A stretch of 64,000 nucleotides of DNA from Polyangiaceae bacterium (lineage in GTDB: Bacteria > Myxococcota_A > Polyangia > Polyangiales > Polyangiaceae). The DNA lies in assembly GCA_050287085.1 (NCBI GenBank), contig JBNKBE010000007.1, forward strand, positions 32,001 to 96,000, read 5' to 3'. Position 1 is the stretch's first letter. Each line of letters opens with the position of its first letter. The notes under the pieces are model-generated. The model was not told the DNA's origin, searched no databases, and saw nothing but the letters and a program-made list of their open reading frames with translations. Positions 37,272 through 46,779 of the stretch are shown in pieces. A program made the translations under genes and the position numbers.

Positions 37272-37937
37272 TCAATGCACAGTCTGACCTGAACTCGTTT
37301 CGGCTTGCGCACCGGGACGGAGCTCCCGACCCAAGTCAGCGGGCAAGTCGTCGATGCGACCCCCCAAGAGAGGACTCAAGCCAACGCCCAGCGCCCCCAA
37401 CGCCGCGGCCAGATAGAAGCCCGCCCCCCAATGGTATGAAACCGGAACAAGCGCCCGCGAAGGGGGATGAAGGGTCAACACGAGCGCCTGCAAGACCGGA
37501 CAGGCACACAAGATGGCCACGATCAAGCGGCTCCCGCGCATGGCGCTGACGCTGCGCCGCGAGACAACCACCGCGAGCAAGACCAAGAATCCGACGCCCC
37601 CGCCAGAAAACCAGAAGCCGCGAGCGCGGATCAGCGCAAGACCAGACAGCTCGCGCACTTCGGGCGCCGAGAGCACCAGCCATGGCAAGGTGTAGGAGGC
37701 CAGCCCCAAGATCGAAAGGGCAAAGAAGAGGCCCCGGCCACGCCCCAAGTAGCGAAGCGGCAGTCGACGATCAGCCGGATGAGTCTGCTCCCACTCGCTC
37801 AGCGCCTCCGATGTTGTCTCGTAGGATGGCGGTAGGTCCCATAGCGGCTTGAGCGGCACATCACATTCCGGACATGATTGCGTCTCGCCGCGCGTGTACA
37901 GCGTTCGGCAAAACGGACAAGCAAGTAGCTCGGACAT
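37272..37937 (-). CDS. Membrane protein with an N-terminal zinc ribbon
   Basis: CPFC-x10-CPEC followed by about four TM helices. Confidence 0.78.
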   Translation of the reverse strand: MSELLACPFCRTLYTRGETQSCPECDVPLKPLWDLPPSYETTSEALSEWEQTHPADRRLPLRYLGRGRGLFFALSILGLASYTLPWLVLSAPEVRELSGLALIRARGFWFSGGGVGFLVLLAVVVSRRSVSAMRGSRLIVAILCACPVLQALVLTLHPPSRALVPVSYHWGAGFYLAAALGALGVGLSPLLGGRIDDLPADLGRELRPGAQAETSSGQTVH

Positions 37938-38038
37938 GCGCTCCAAGGTTACCAAGCAATTCCAGCGCACGCCATCAGCCCCCCTCTGAACGGATGTGAG
38001 GGCACGCAGCCGAGGGTTTTCTGCTAGTCTCGCGCCGC

Positions 38039-38713
38039 ATGAGTGATCGCGTTGCCGCGCTATTCGGCTTGGATCCGGACTCGCCGCTTTTTCGCCAGGC
38101 GCTGACCCATCCGACCTACGCCAATGAGAGTCGCGCAGCCGGTCACAACCAACGGCTCGAGTTCCTTGGCGACGCGGTGCTCCAATTGTGCTCCAGCGAA
38201 CTGCTTTTTGCGGCCTTTCCGGAGGCCAGCGAGGGGCAGCTGTCCCGACGACGAGCCAGCATCGTCAACACCGACTCGCTGGCGGCCTTCGCGCGCCAAC
38301 ACGGGGTGGAAGAGGCACTCCTGCTGGGCAAAGGCGCTGAAGCGGGAGGCCTGCGCAACAGCAGCAACGTCCTCGCCGACACCGTCGAGGCCCTACTTGC
38401 GGCCACATACCTCGAGCGGGGATTGCCAGCCGCTCGCGAGCGCGTTGAGCTCCTATTGCAGCAGGTCGACGCCACCACCGAACGCGATGCAAAGACGGCG
38501 CTGCAGGAGCTCGCCCAGGCCAGAGGGCACAATCCTCCGGCCTACGTTTTGACGGACTCCGGAGGTCCAGACCACGAGCGTTGGTTTCAAGTGTCGGTCT
38601 CCGTCGGCGGCGAAGCCGTAGGGGAGGGGAGGGACCGCTCCAAGCGGTTGGCAGAAATGGCGGCCGCGCATCAGGCCTTGCAACGGCTCGACAGCGAGGG
38701 AGGGGAGAGATGA
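38039..38713 (+). CDS. rnc: Ribonuclease III
   Basis: ALTH, NQRLEFLGDAVL, EGQLS, LADTVEA, then dsRBD DAKTALQE..GPDH..F..SK..AE..AA. Confidence 0.97.
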   Translation: MSDRVAALFGLDPDSPLFRQALTHPTYANESRAAGHNQRLEFLGDAVLQLCSSELLFAAFPEASEGQLSRRRASIVNTDSLAAFARQHGVEEALLLGKGAEAGGLRNSSNVLADTVEALLAATYLERGLPAARERVELLLQQVDATTERDAKTALQELAQARGHNPPAYVLTDSGGPDHERWFQVSVSVGGEAVGEGRDRSKRLAEMAAAHQALQRLDSEGGER

Positions 38714-39117
38714 AGCGACGACTCTTCCTTTGCGGCGTGGCTGTCGTGGGCACGGCCACACGCCCCGCGTTCGCCGGCAGCTACCTCGACCGTGCGGCCC
38801 TCTTGGTGCACGAATCGGCCACGGCGTCATATTTTCTTCGCAAGCGTCTCTACGATCTGGAGTCCGCCAAATTGGTCCACGGCTTGGCGCTTGCGCGAGT
38901 GCAATTTGCGAGTGCCATGGACGTCCCCGCAGAGGTTCAACAAGCGCATCCGCACCTGCTCTTGATGCTTGAGAATCACGAACGTGCAGCCGCTGCAGCG
39001 GTGGAGCGGCGCGCCTCAGACTTCCTGCGAGCCCACAGCCTAGCCCTGGATGAACAGGGGCTCTTCGTCACCATTCTCAAGCACCTTGGCTGGACGCTTC
39101 CGAAACTCAAGATCTAG
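38710..39117 (+). CDS. Exported hypothetical protein (Tat-like signal)
   Basis: MKRRLFL...AFA signal, helical body with HPHLLL. ATGA overlap with rnc. Confidence 0.75.
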   Translation: MKRRLFLCGVAVVGTATRPAFAGSYLDRAALLVHESATASYFLRKRLYDLESAKLVHGLALARVQFASAMDVPAEVQQAHPHLLLMLENHERAAAAAVERRASDFLRAHSLALDEQGLFVTILKHLGWTLPKLKI

Positions 39118-39152
39118 CGTCCTTGCAGGCAGGGGGCGCCCGCGGCGGCGCT

Positions 39153-40145
39153 TCAGCGCTCTCCCCAGGGCCCGGTCACAGGCGCCGGTCCCACCTGGGC
39201 GGGATGTGGCGCCCGCACCACACCGCTGCCCATGTCTTCCTCGGAGGCCGCGTACTCAACTCGCTCGATAGCGTCCAAGTCCACGTCGCGCACGCGCTCG
39301 TCTCGAAGCCCTTGGAGCAGTTGTTGCCGATCGCGTGTGGCCGTCTCGCGACGCGTCAGAACCTCCACTTCGGACCAGGCCTCCGCCAAGGGCACTTTCT
39401 GCTCGGGGCGAGCCCCGCGCCGCCACACGACAGCGTAGCGGTCGCCCTCAGAGACCGGATCTGGCACGAGTTGGCCGTCCTCGACGCGGGCCGCAGCCGC
39501 GAACAGCGCAGGGCGCACGACCACCTGCGCTGCATCCGTATGACCGGAGGCCTGCACGTAGCCAAGCGATCCGTGCCGAAAGGCCGTCGCGCTGTCCAAC
39601 GAGTGTTCGCGCGCGAGTGCCGCGAAGAGAGCTGCCCGCGGCTGAGCTCCCAACTTGGATATAAGCCCCCGCGCGGTCGCTTCGTCTCTGACCAGAATAC
39701 GTTGCAGAAGCAACGCCCGTGGCCGCTGCCAGCGTCCGCGGTGGAGCTCGTAGAAGCGCTGTACATCATCCGCCGACACCCGCGCGCCTCGATACAGCTC
39801 CCGCTCGAGCGCCAGCTGCAGTTCACGGTTTTCCAGATAGCGGCGTGGGATCTTTGGATCCTTCCGCCCCAGAGCGCCCAGCAAGAGCTCTGGCACCAGC
39901 ACGCTTTCGATAAACGCCTTGGGCCGCGCTGCCGGCTCCGAGTGCAACTCGGAAAGGGCCGCGGAGCCCAGTCGGTCGAGGCGCCGCTGCGCCGCTGCAA
40001 GCCGAAGGGAACGCTCACCCACACGAACAAGCTCCGGCTCCGCGGCAGATACGACCGAGCTCGCTGCAACAAGCATAACGCCCACTCGTCGCCCCACGCC
40101 AGGCGAGAGCCGGGTGCGCCCTCCTAACATCAGGCTCCAGATCAT
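39153..40145 (-). CDS. PpiC/parvulin-type peptidyl-prolyl isomerase, exported
   Basis: RILV, FAALAREHSLD..T...GSLG, LFAAA...G..PV. Confidence 0.85.
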   Translation of the reverse strand: MIWSLMLGGRTRLSPGVGRRVGVMLVAASSVVSAAEPELVRVGERSLRLAAAQRRLDRLGSAALSELHSEPAARPKAFIESVLVPELLLGALGRKDPKIPRRYLENRELQLALERELYRGARVSADDVQRFYELHRGRWQRPRALLLQRILVRDEATARGLISKLGAQPRAALFAALAREHSLDSATAFRHGSLGYVQASGHTDAAQVVVRPALFAAAARVEDGQLVPDPVSEGDRYAVVWRRGARPEQKVPLAEAWSEVEVLTRRETATRDRQQLLQGLRDERVRDVDLDAIERVEYAASEEDMGSGVVRAPHPAQVGPAPVTGPWGER

Positions 40146-40282
40146 GCCTCCTGGTAGCGATTACCGGAGGCCGCCGCAAGTTGGCGACCACTTCGGCGAC
40201 CGGCCGCGCCACCTATGAGCCGCTGCGCTGAGCGCGGTCTTGGAAGCAATCGCGTTGGCACGCCAAATGCTGGTGGGGTTTC

Positions 40283-42748
40283 GTGGGGACCCATCGCCCG
40301 TTAGCCCGCCCGCTGCGTATCGCGTTTGTCGCCGCGGCAGCCCTCTTCGCGCCCCTGGCTCTAGCGTACCCTCTGCTCTGCGCTGCACTCTTCGTGTTCG
40401 CAACGCTCACGGCGCGCCCGCCGGCCTCGACACTGTGGCTGACCCTGGCTCTCGCAGGGCTCACCACGCTGCGCGCCCACTCCGAGCTGGGCCAGTACCG
40501 CGCATCGTGGGAGACGATGCGCACCCAGTTCGGCGCGCCACAACGCTGCGCGATCACCGGCCGCGTGCTGACGTCTCCCACCCAACGCGGCGACACCTTG
40601 ACGTTCTCAGCCCGGTTGAGCAACTTCGACTGCGAGGGGCAGCGGCCTGCCGACTCCGTCATCGCGCGGCTATACGGCGGTCCTCCGGCGCTCGTCCGGG
40701 GCGCCGCATTCGAAGGTGTCGCTCAACTGGGCGTCACTCGACTCTTCCGCAACCTGGGCGAGAGCGACCCGGTGCAGCACTACGCCCGGAGCGGCGTTGT
40801 GCTCAGTGGCACTTTGCTGGCCGCCCACGTCACCGCTGAGTCCAATTCGCCGGGCGCCTGGGTGGACCGCGCTCGCCGGCACGTGCGAGAGCGGATCCAA
40901 GCCACTTTCCTGGGCTCCGTCGCTCCCCTGGCGCGAGCCTTGGTGCTCGGCGAGAACGATCTTGAACCGGAGACGGCTCGCGCTTTTGCGCTCAGCGGTC
41001 TCAGCCATCTGCTTGCCGTCAGTGGCACCCACCTGGTTTTTGCCGTCGTCTCCCTGGTGAACGCCCTCGAGTGGTTCCTGCGGCGCATTCTCGTGGTCGC
41101 TGAACGCGCCAGGCCCGACCTAGTGGGCGCGGGCTTCGGCGCGCCGCTAGCCCTGCTCTACGCGGACTTCGCGGGAGGCAGCGGCTCGGCGTGGCGCGCA
41201 GCGTGGATGCTGGCAACGGTCTACGTCGCCCGCCTCCTGGGCCGAAGCTCCACCGCCGGCCTCACCCTCGCGGGTTCGGTCTTCGTCGGTGTCCTCGCCG
41301 AGCCCCTGGTCGTATCCGACCTGAGCTTCATGTTGTCGCTGGCCGCTACGCTCGGTCTCCTAACCCTGGGACGCGTCGCTGCTCGGCATGTCAACAAGCT
41401 CTCCTCAAAGCCCCTGCGGCTCTTCGGCGCGGGCGTCCTGGCGACAGTTGCGTCCCTGGTCCCGTGCTCGCTGCTGCTCGCCTTCCTCACGCCAAGCCTG
41501 TCGCTCTTTGGTGTGATAGCCAACGTCTTCGTGGCGCCTTTCGGGGAAGCCATCGCCTTGCCTCTATGCCTGACCCACGCGTTTCTCGCGCCCTGGCCAG
41601 CGCTCGAACGTGGGGCGGCCCTCGTCGCGTCGGGTGCCCTGAGCGTGGTCAAGGCCGCCGCGCTACAGGTGACAACGTTGGGGCAAGAATGGCCCTTGTT
41701 CAGCGTTCCGCTCTTTCCGCCAACCGCGCTTCAGCTGGCCGTTGTTATCGCGGGTGCATTGGCGGCAACTGCTGCCCTCTGCTGGCGCCCTCCCAAGCGA
41801 TGGATTGGGCTTGTCGTGACCAGTATTGCGGCACTCAGCGTGATCGCTACCGAGGCCAGGTTACGCACCCAGATCGCGGCAGCCGGCTGCTTGCGGGTCA
41901 CCATCGTAGACGTCGGGCAGGGAGACGCCTCTCTCGTGGACCTGCCCAGCGGCGAACTCATGATCATCGACGGAGGCGGCTTCGTGGGTTCCCCGGTCGA
42001 TCCGGGTGCGCGGGTACTGCTGCCAATACTCCGGTCCCGACGGCGTGAGCAGATCGACTACATGGTGCTTTCACACCCTCATCCCGACCACTTCGGAGGA
42101 CTCGTCACGCTCGCCCAGGAACTGCGTGTGCGAGAGTTCTGGGATACCGGTCAGGGCGAACGAGACGGGGCAGGTCCCGACTACGACGCGCTCCTTTCGG
42201 CTCTACGTGCCCAAGGTACCCGCATCGTTCACCCGGATGCCCTGTGCGAACGCTCTGAGGTTGGAGGCGCCAGACTGCGCGTCTTCATGCCCTGTCCGGA
42301 TCTCGTGCCCGGCAGACACGCCAACGACAACTCTTGGGTCTTTCGCATCGAGCATGCGGGCAGCTCGATTCTCTTCACGGGCGACGCCGAGCTCGCCACA
42401 GAAGGCGACCTGGTCGCTCGCTACCGGGAAGAGCTCCCGGCTCAAGTCCTCAAGATCGGCCACCATGGCAGTCGCACCTCGACCACCCCGGCCTTCGTTC
42501 ATGCCGTACGGCCAAGGCTCGCCACCATCTCAACGGGTGTCCGCAATCGTTACGGCCACCCCCATGCCAACACCCTGGCTACCCTACACGCCCAAGGTGT
42601 CGCAACCCTGCGGACCGATCGAGACGGTGGCATCGAGCTCCGCGCCACAGGCGGCAGCTGGGAGGTGACGACCTACCGCGGACTCGAGCGACGTCCCCTC
42701 AGGGCGCCTCGGCCCACGCCACACCGTCCGGCCATCGCTGGACTATAG
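40283..42748 (+). CDS. comEC: DNA uptake competence protein ComEC/Rec2
   Basis: GLSHLLAVSGTH competence domain, then MBL domain DVGQGDA, SHPHPDH.GG, FTGD, HHGS.TS, NRYGHP. Confidence 0.96.
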   Translation: MGTHRPLARPLRIAFVAAAALFAPLALAYPLLCAALFVFATLTARPPASTLWLTLALAGLTTLRAHSELGQYRASWETMRTQFGAPQRCAITGRVLTSPTQRGDTLTFSARLSNFDCEGQRPADSVIARLYGGPPALVRGAAFEGVAQLGVTRLFRNLGESDPVQHYARSGVVLSGTLLAAHVTAESNSPGAWVDRARRHVRERIQATFLGSVAPLARALVLGENDLEPETARAFALSGLSHLLAVSGTHLVFAVVSLVNALEWFLRRILVVAERARPDLVGAGFGAPLALLYADFAGGSGSAWRAAWMLATVYVARLLGRSSTAGLTLAGSVFVGVLAEPLVVSDLSFMLSLAATLGLLTLGRVAARHVNKLSSKPLRLFGAGVLATVASLVPCSLLLAFLTPSLSLFGVIANVFVAPFGEAIALPLCLTHAFLAPWPALERGAALVASGALSVVKAAALQVTTLGQEWPLFSVPLFPPTALQLAVVIAGALAATAALCWRPPKRWIGLVVTSIAALSVIATEARLRTQIAAAGCLRVTIVDVGQGDASLVDLPSGELMIIDGGGFVGSPVDPGARVLLPILRSRRREQIDYMVLSHPHPDHFGGLVTLAQELRVREFWDTGQGERDGAGPDYDALLSALRAQGTRIVHPDALCERSEVGGARLRVFMPCPDLVPGRHANDNSWVFRIEHAGSSILFTGDAELATEGDLVARYREELPAQVLKIGHHGSRTSTTPAFVHAVRPRLATISTGVRNRYGHPHANTLATLHAQGVATLRTDRDGGIELRATGGSWEVTTYRGLERRPLRAPRPTPHRPAIAGL

Positions 42749-42856
42749 AGACCACCAGCGGCCGGACCGCTGACGCGACCATCACAAGGGTGGGAGCCGC
42801 AATCCGATCCTTCCAGCGCGCGAGCGCGAGTGCACCTCCCGCCATGACGAGCCGCG

Positions 42857-43291
42857 CTACTCTGGAAGGCCACAACACGACGCCGGTGCGTAGCGGGCAC
42901 ACGAGACGCCATGGGGCGCTCGCCACGTTTCAACGTGACACCGGCTTTGGCAGCCGCCCACGTCCAGCCCGCAGTCGGCATCAAACTCCAGCGTCGTGCC
43001 ATCCTCGTTCTCCGCCGCCGAATCGCAGACCCCAGCGGGTTCATCACCGCCCCCGCAGCAAGAGGACGGACTGCAGGTGCGGCATCGACACTCCCGCGTC
43101 GCACTCAGACTTTGACCCGGCTTGTAGCGTGGCCCCATAGGCGCTGCGGACCTCCGCGCTTCGCTCGCACAGCCCCCTGAGACTCCGGCGCAGCCGCACG
43201 CGCTGAGCAGGCTCACCCATGCCAGTACCCGCCGTCCGGGCCAGCTCAATGCAGGCCTCCGCCGCGACGCACGCCTGAACGACTCGCTCAT
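42857..43291 (-). CDS. Small Cys-rich lipoprotein-like protein
   Basis: Signal with LSAC and a mature part with about 13 Cys (CRCRTC..CC, C, C, CQSRC, C, CC). Confidence 0.6.
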   Translation of the reverse strand: MSESFRRASRRRPALSWPGRRVLAWVSLLSACGCAGVSGGCASEARRSAAPMGPRYKPGQSLSATRECRCRTCSPSSCCGGGDEPAGVCDSAAENEDGTTLEFDADCGLDVGGCQSRCHVETWRAPHGVSCARYAPASCCGLPE

Positions 43292-43468
43292 GTCACCTAT
43301 TCCGGTCTTGTTGCGCCCCGATATCGAGGGCGATCACGTGGCATGCCAGCGCAGCTCGCTATCCCTTGAGGTGTTTTGCCTTGGCTTGCCACGCCATCGA
43401 AGGTAGGCCTATTGACGCTTGTATGCCAACAAGATCCGTTGTGCGCGCCTGAGAACCGATCCGCAGCC

Positions 43469-44035
43469 ATGGCACCTTCGAACGACGCTCACCCAGACCC
43501 CAGTCAGTTCCGCGTGTTGATCGACGAGCCCACCCTCAGGGCACGCTGCTGCGAGCTGGGAGCCGCTATCAGCCGGGACCACGCTGGAAAGGCCGTCGTC
43601 TTCGTCTGCGTTCTGCGCGGCGCATTTGTCTTCGCTGCAGATCTCGTGCGTGCTGTCACGGTGCCCACCCGCATCGAGTTCGTGCAGGCCAGCAGCTACT
43701 CGGACGGCTCACGCTCGACTGGACAAGTGACCCTCGAGCAGGACATCTCCGCTCAGCTAGAAGGCCGACACGTCGTCTTGGTGGAAGACATCGTCGACAC
43801 CGGCCTCACGAGCCAAACGTTGCTGTCGTTGCTGCGCTCCCGCGGCGCGGCGAGCGTCAGGCTCGCCGCCTTGTTGCACAAGCCCGCGCGCCAAGTCCGA
43901 AGCGTGTCGATCGATTATCTGGGGTTCACCATCCCTGACGAGTTCGTCGTCGGATACGGCTTAGACCTCGCCCAGGCGTATCGCAACCTGCCCGACCTGC
44001 GCATCTTTCCCGCGGCGCTGGTACCCCAGCCCTGA
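43469..44035 (+). CDS. hpt: Hypoxanthine phosphoribosyltransferase
   Basis: VLRGAFVF.ADL, SSY, VLVEDIVDTGLT, FVVGYGLD...YRNLP. Confidence 0.96.
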   Translation: MAPSNDAHPDPSQFRVLIDEPTLRARCCELGAAISRDHAGKAVVFVCVLRGAFVFAADLVRAVTVPTRIEFVQASSYSDGSRSTGQVTLEQDISAQLEGRHVVLVEDIVDTGLTSQTLLSLLRSRGAASVRLAALLHKPARQVRSVSIDYLGFTIPDEFVVGYGLDLAQAYRNLPDLRIFPAALVPQP

Positions 44036-44129
44036 TGGGTAGTCGGTCCGAGCGCTGCATCACCGGGTTCTGTCGATTCATCAGTCTCGAGCCTTCAAGG
44101 AAGACGCCCGCCCATCCTGCGTACTTCGT

Positions 44130-45470
44130 TCACTTGGCTCGACCCCGCGCGCTCCTCAGGCGCGCCAAACGCTCCCCAATAGCCTGCTCCAGACCTTGCT
44201 CGGACGGCTGATAGTAGCGCTCTCCAACCAAGGCGTCCGGCAGGTAGACTTCGCCCGGAACGACCGCTCCCGGATAGTCGTGAGCATAACGGTAGTCTGC
44301 CCCATGGCCCTGCTCCTTCATCAGCCTGGTAGGCGCATTCCTGAGCTTGAGGGGCACTGGCAAAGCCCCGTGCTTCTCGACCGCCGCGCGCGCGCCCTGC
44401 CATGCCAGCTTGACCGCGTTCGACTTCGGACAGCTCGCCAAATAGAGACAGGCGTGCGCCAGTGGGTAGATCCCCTCCGGCATGCCCAAACGGCGAAACG
44501 CCGCGTCCGCATCCAAGGCTACGCTCAGTGCCCGCGGATCGGCGTTGCCCACATCTTCGCTAGCGAAGATGATCAGTCGTCGCGAGACAAACAACGGATC
44601 CTCGCCGCCCTCGAGCATTCGCATCATCCAATAGATGCCCGCATCCGGATCGCTGCCGCGCAGCGACTTGATCAACGCGCTCACTACGTCGTAGTGCTGA
44701 TCTCCGCTCTTATCATACTGAAGCGCCGCAGCTTCCCCGTATTGCTGCACGTCTTCAATCGTGACTGCCCTCTTGCCAGCGTGGCCTGCGTGAGCCACCA
44801 GATTTTCCAGTGCAGAGAGGGCGCGACGCCCGTCGCCCCGTGCGCTACTGGCGATAGCCGTGAGCGCCTCTGAGTCGACCGAAACCGCTCCCCCATAACC
44901 GCGTGCATCCGCAAGCGCTCGGGACAGCAACGTTTGCACCTCGTCGACTTCTAGCGGCTTGAGTCGAAACACCGTAGCGCGCGACAGCACCGCGTTATTG
45001 ATCGCAAAGGACGGGTTTTCAGTGGTGGCTCCGATCAGGATCACCGTGCCATTTTCCACATGCGGCAAGAACGCGTCCTGCTGGGCGCGATTGAAGCGGT
45101 GAATCTCGTCCACGAACAACAACGTCCGCCGCCCGCGACCGCGCATTCGCTCTTTGGCTCGAGCGATGATCTCGCGCAGTTCGGCTACGCCGCCCAACAC
45201 GGCGCTGAACGCCTCGAACTCTGACTGCGTGGAGCGGCTGATGACGTGTGCGATCGTCGTCTTACCACACCCCGGATCTCCCCATAGAATCATCGATGGC
45301 ACACGGTCCTCGACGATGGCTCTACGAAGCGCTCCTCGGGGACCCAGCAAGTGCTGTTGTCCAACCAATTCGTCGAGTGATACCGGTCGCATGCGGTCCG
45401 CTAGCGGCGCGGGCGCCCCCAGCTTGCCCCGCTGCGCGGCATGGCTGAACAGCGACTCCGCGTCGCTCAC
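44130..45470 (-). CDS. rarA: Replication-associated recombination protein A
   Basis: PLADRMRP, G.PGCGKTT, DEIHRFNRAQQD, ATTENPSF, SALIKSLRGSDPDA, SEDVGNADP. Confidence 0.97.
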   Translation of the reverse strand: MSDAESLFSHAAQRGKLGAPAPLADRMRPVSLDELVGQQHLLGPRGALRRAIVEDRVPSMILWGDPGCGKTTIAHVISRSTQSEFEAFSAVLGGVAELREIIARAKERMRGRGRRTLLFVDEIHRFNRAQQDAFLPHVENGTVILIGATTENPSFAINNAVLSRATVFRLKPLEVDEVQTLLSRALADARGYGGAVSVDSEALTAIASSARGDGRRALSALENLVAHAGHAGKRAVTIEDVQQYGEAAALQYDKSGDQHYDVVSALIKSLRGSDPDAGIYWMMRMLEGGEDPLFVSRRLIIFASEDVGNADPRALSVALDADAAFRRLGMPEGIYPLAHACLYLASCPKSNAVKLAWQGARAAVEKHGALPVPLKLRNAPTRLMKEQGHGADYRYAHDYPGAVVPGEVYLPDALVGERYYQPSEQGLEQAIGERLARLRSARGRAK

Positions 45471-46135
45471 GCGCGCGCTCCGAAAAGGGCGGTGCCAATT
45501 CTAACAAGCGACGCGCCTTCTTCGATGGCTATCTCGAAGTCACCGCTCATGCCCATGCTGAGCGATGACAATCCGCGCGCAGCCGCCAGCGCCCTAAGGC
45601 GCTTGAAGTAGGGACGCGCGGCGTCGGGCGTCTCGACCGCTGGCGGTATGGCCATCAAGCCGAGGAGCTGGACCTCGGGTGCCGCGCTGCAGGCAGAGAC
45701 CAAAGCGTCCAAGTCTTTTTCTACTACGCCGTGCTTCTGAGCCTCGTCTCCGAGATTTACCTCAATATGGACATCTAGAGAGCGACCCAGCACCGCGGCG
45801 CGACGGCGTACCCGATCCAGTAGGCGCAAGGAGTCGAGGGTCTGCAGACCTGAAATATGAGGCAATACCTGGCCGATCTTATTGCTCTGCAAGTGGCCGA
45901 TCAGATGCCACCGCACCCCCAGGTCACGGAGAAGCTCAGCCTTGCTCACCAGCTCCTGGACATAGTTTTCGCCAAAGTCCACGAATCCGAGGCCCGCAAG
46001 CGCACGAATGCTCTCCGGTGGATGATGCTTGGAAACCGCCACGATGCGAACCTCGTCGGGGTGCCGACCAGCACGGGCGCAAGCCGCTTCGACCCGAGCG
46101 CGGATCGCGCTGGCTCGTTCTTCGAGCGTGCTCAC
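45467..46135 (-). CDS. yggS: PLP homeostasis protein (YggS/PROSC family)
   Basis: VAVSK, FGENYVQE, WHLIGHLQSNK, LSMGMSGDF, VRIGTALFGAR. GTG start 46135. Confidence 0.96.
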   Translation of the reverse strand: MSTLEERASAIRARVEAACARAGRHPDEVRIVAVSKHHPPESIRALAGLGFVDFGENYVQELVSKAELLRDLGVRWHLIGHLQSNKIGQVLPHISGLQTLDSLRLLDRVRRRAAVLGRSLDVHIEVNLGDEAQKHGVVEKDLDALVSACSAAPEVQLLGLMAIPPAVETPDAARPYFKRLRALAAARGLSSLSMGMSGDFEIAIEEGASLVRIGTALFGARA

Positions 46136-46779
46136 GGCGTTGTCCCTCCCCGTTCGGCTGGATCGAGCCGCTGAGGTCCTGTGCCGCCAGCGCCATTGCC
46201 CAGCCCAGGACCCGCTGCGAGCAGGCGACTGCTGCCGTGGCGCACCAGCCGCGCGTCGCGGGTCGCCAGACTCAAAGCACAGTCCCAAGCGCTGCCCTGC
46301 GCGCTACAACTCGCCACGCCGCCAAAGCTGCTGGGCCCTTCGCGCTCCGGTGTCAGATCAAACGTCAAGCGCTCCTCGTCGGCAATGCCTGTCAACACGT
46401 GCTTACCCATGGATCCACTGGCAGTCCCGCTAACGCTGCCCGACGACGCAATCTGCAGCTGAATCTTTCCTTCTAGCTCCTGGTCCGTCTTGTCGCGTAG
46501 CCAGGCCGCCATGTAGCCCACCTCACCGCTCAGTTTGATAGCATGCCGAGATGCGCGATAATCTCCGGCAAAGCGACGCGAGGACGCCTCGGCGGCGGCG
46601 CCACCAGAGCTCGACGCCAGAGCAGGGGGCGCGACTACCCGACCCGAGTCGGCGCGTGCACCTGTGCCGAGCGGCACGGCGCCTTGTTGAGGCGCAGCCT
46701 CCTCGGGCGTGGCGTCTCGTGTGGTCGTCCGACACGCAGAAGCCATCAGCACAAGCAAAGCCACCAACGCTGCCGCCAT
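46132..46779 (-). CDS. Hypothetical lipoprotein
   Basis: Signal and MASAC lipobox, beta-rich mature region, coupled to both neighbours. Confidence 0.75.
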   Translation of the reverse strand: MAAALVALLVLMASACRTTTRDATPEEAAPQQGAVPLGTGARADSGRVVAPPALASSSGGAAAEASSRRFAGDYRASRHAIKLSGEVGYMAAWLRDKTDQELEGKIQLQIASSGSVSGTASGSMGKHVLTGIADEERLTFDLTPEREGPSSFGGVASCSAQGSAWDCALSLATRDARLVRHGSSRLLAAGPGLGNGAGGTGPQRLDPAERGGTTP

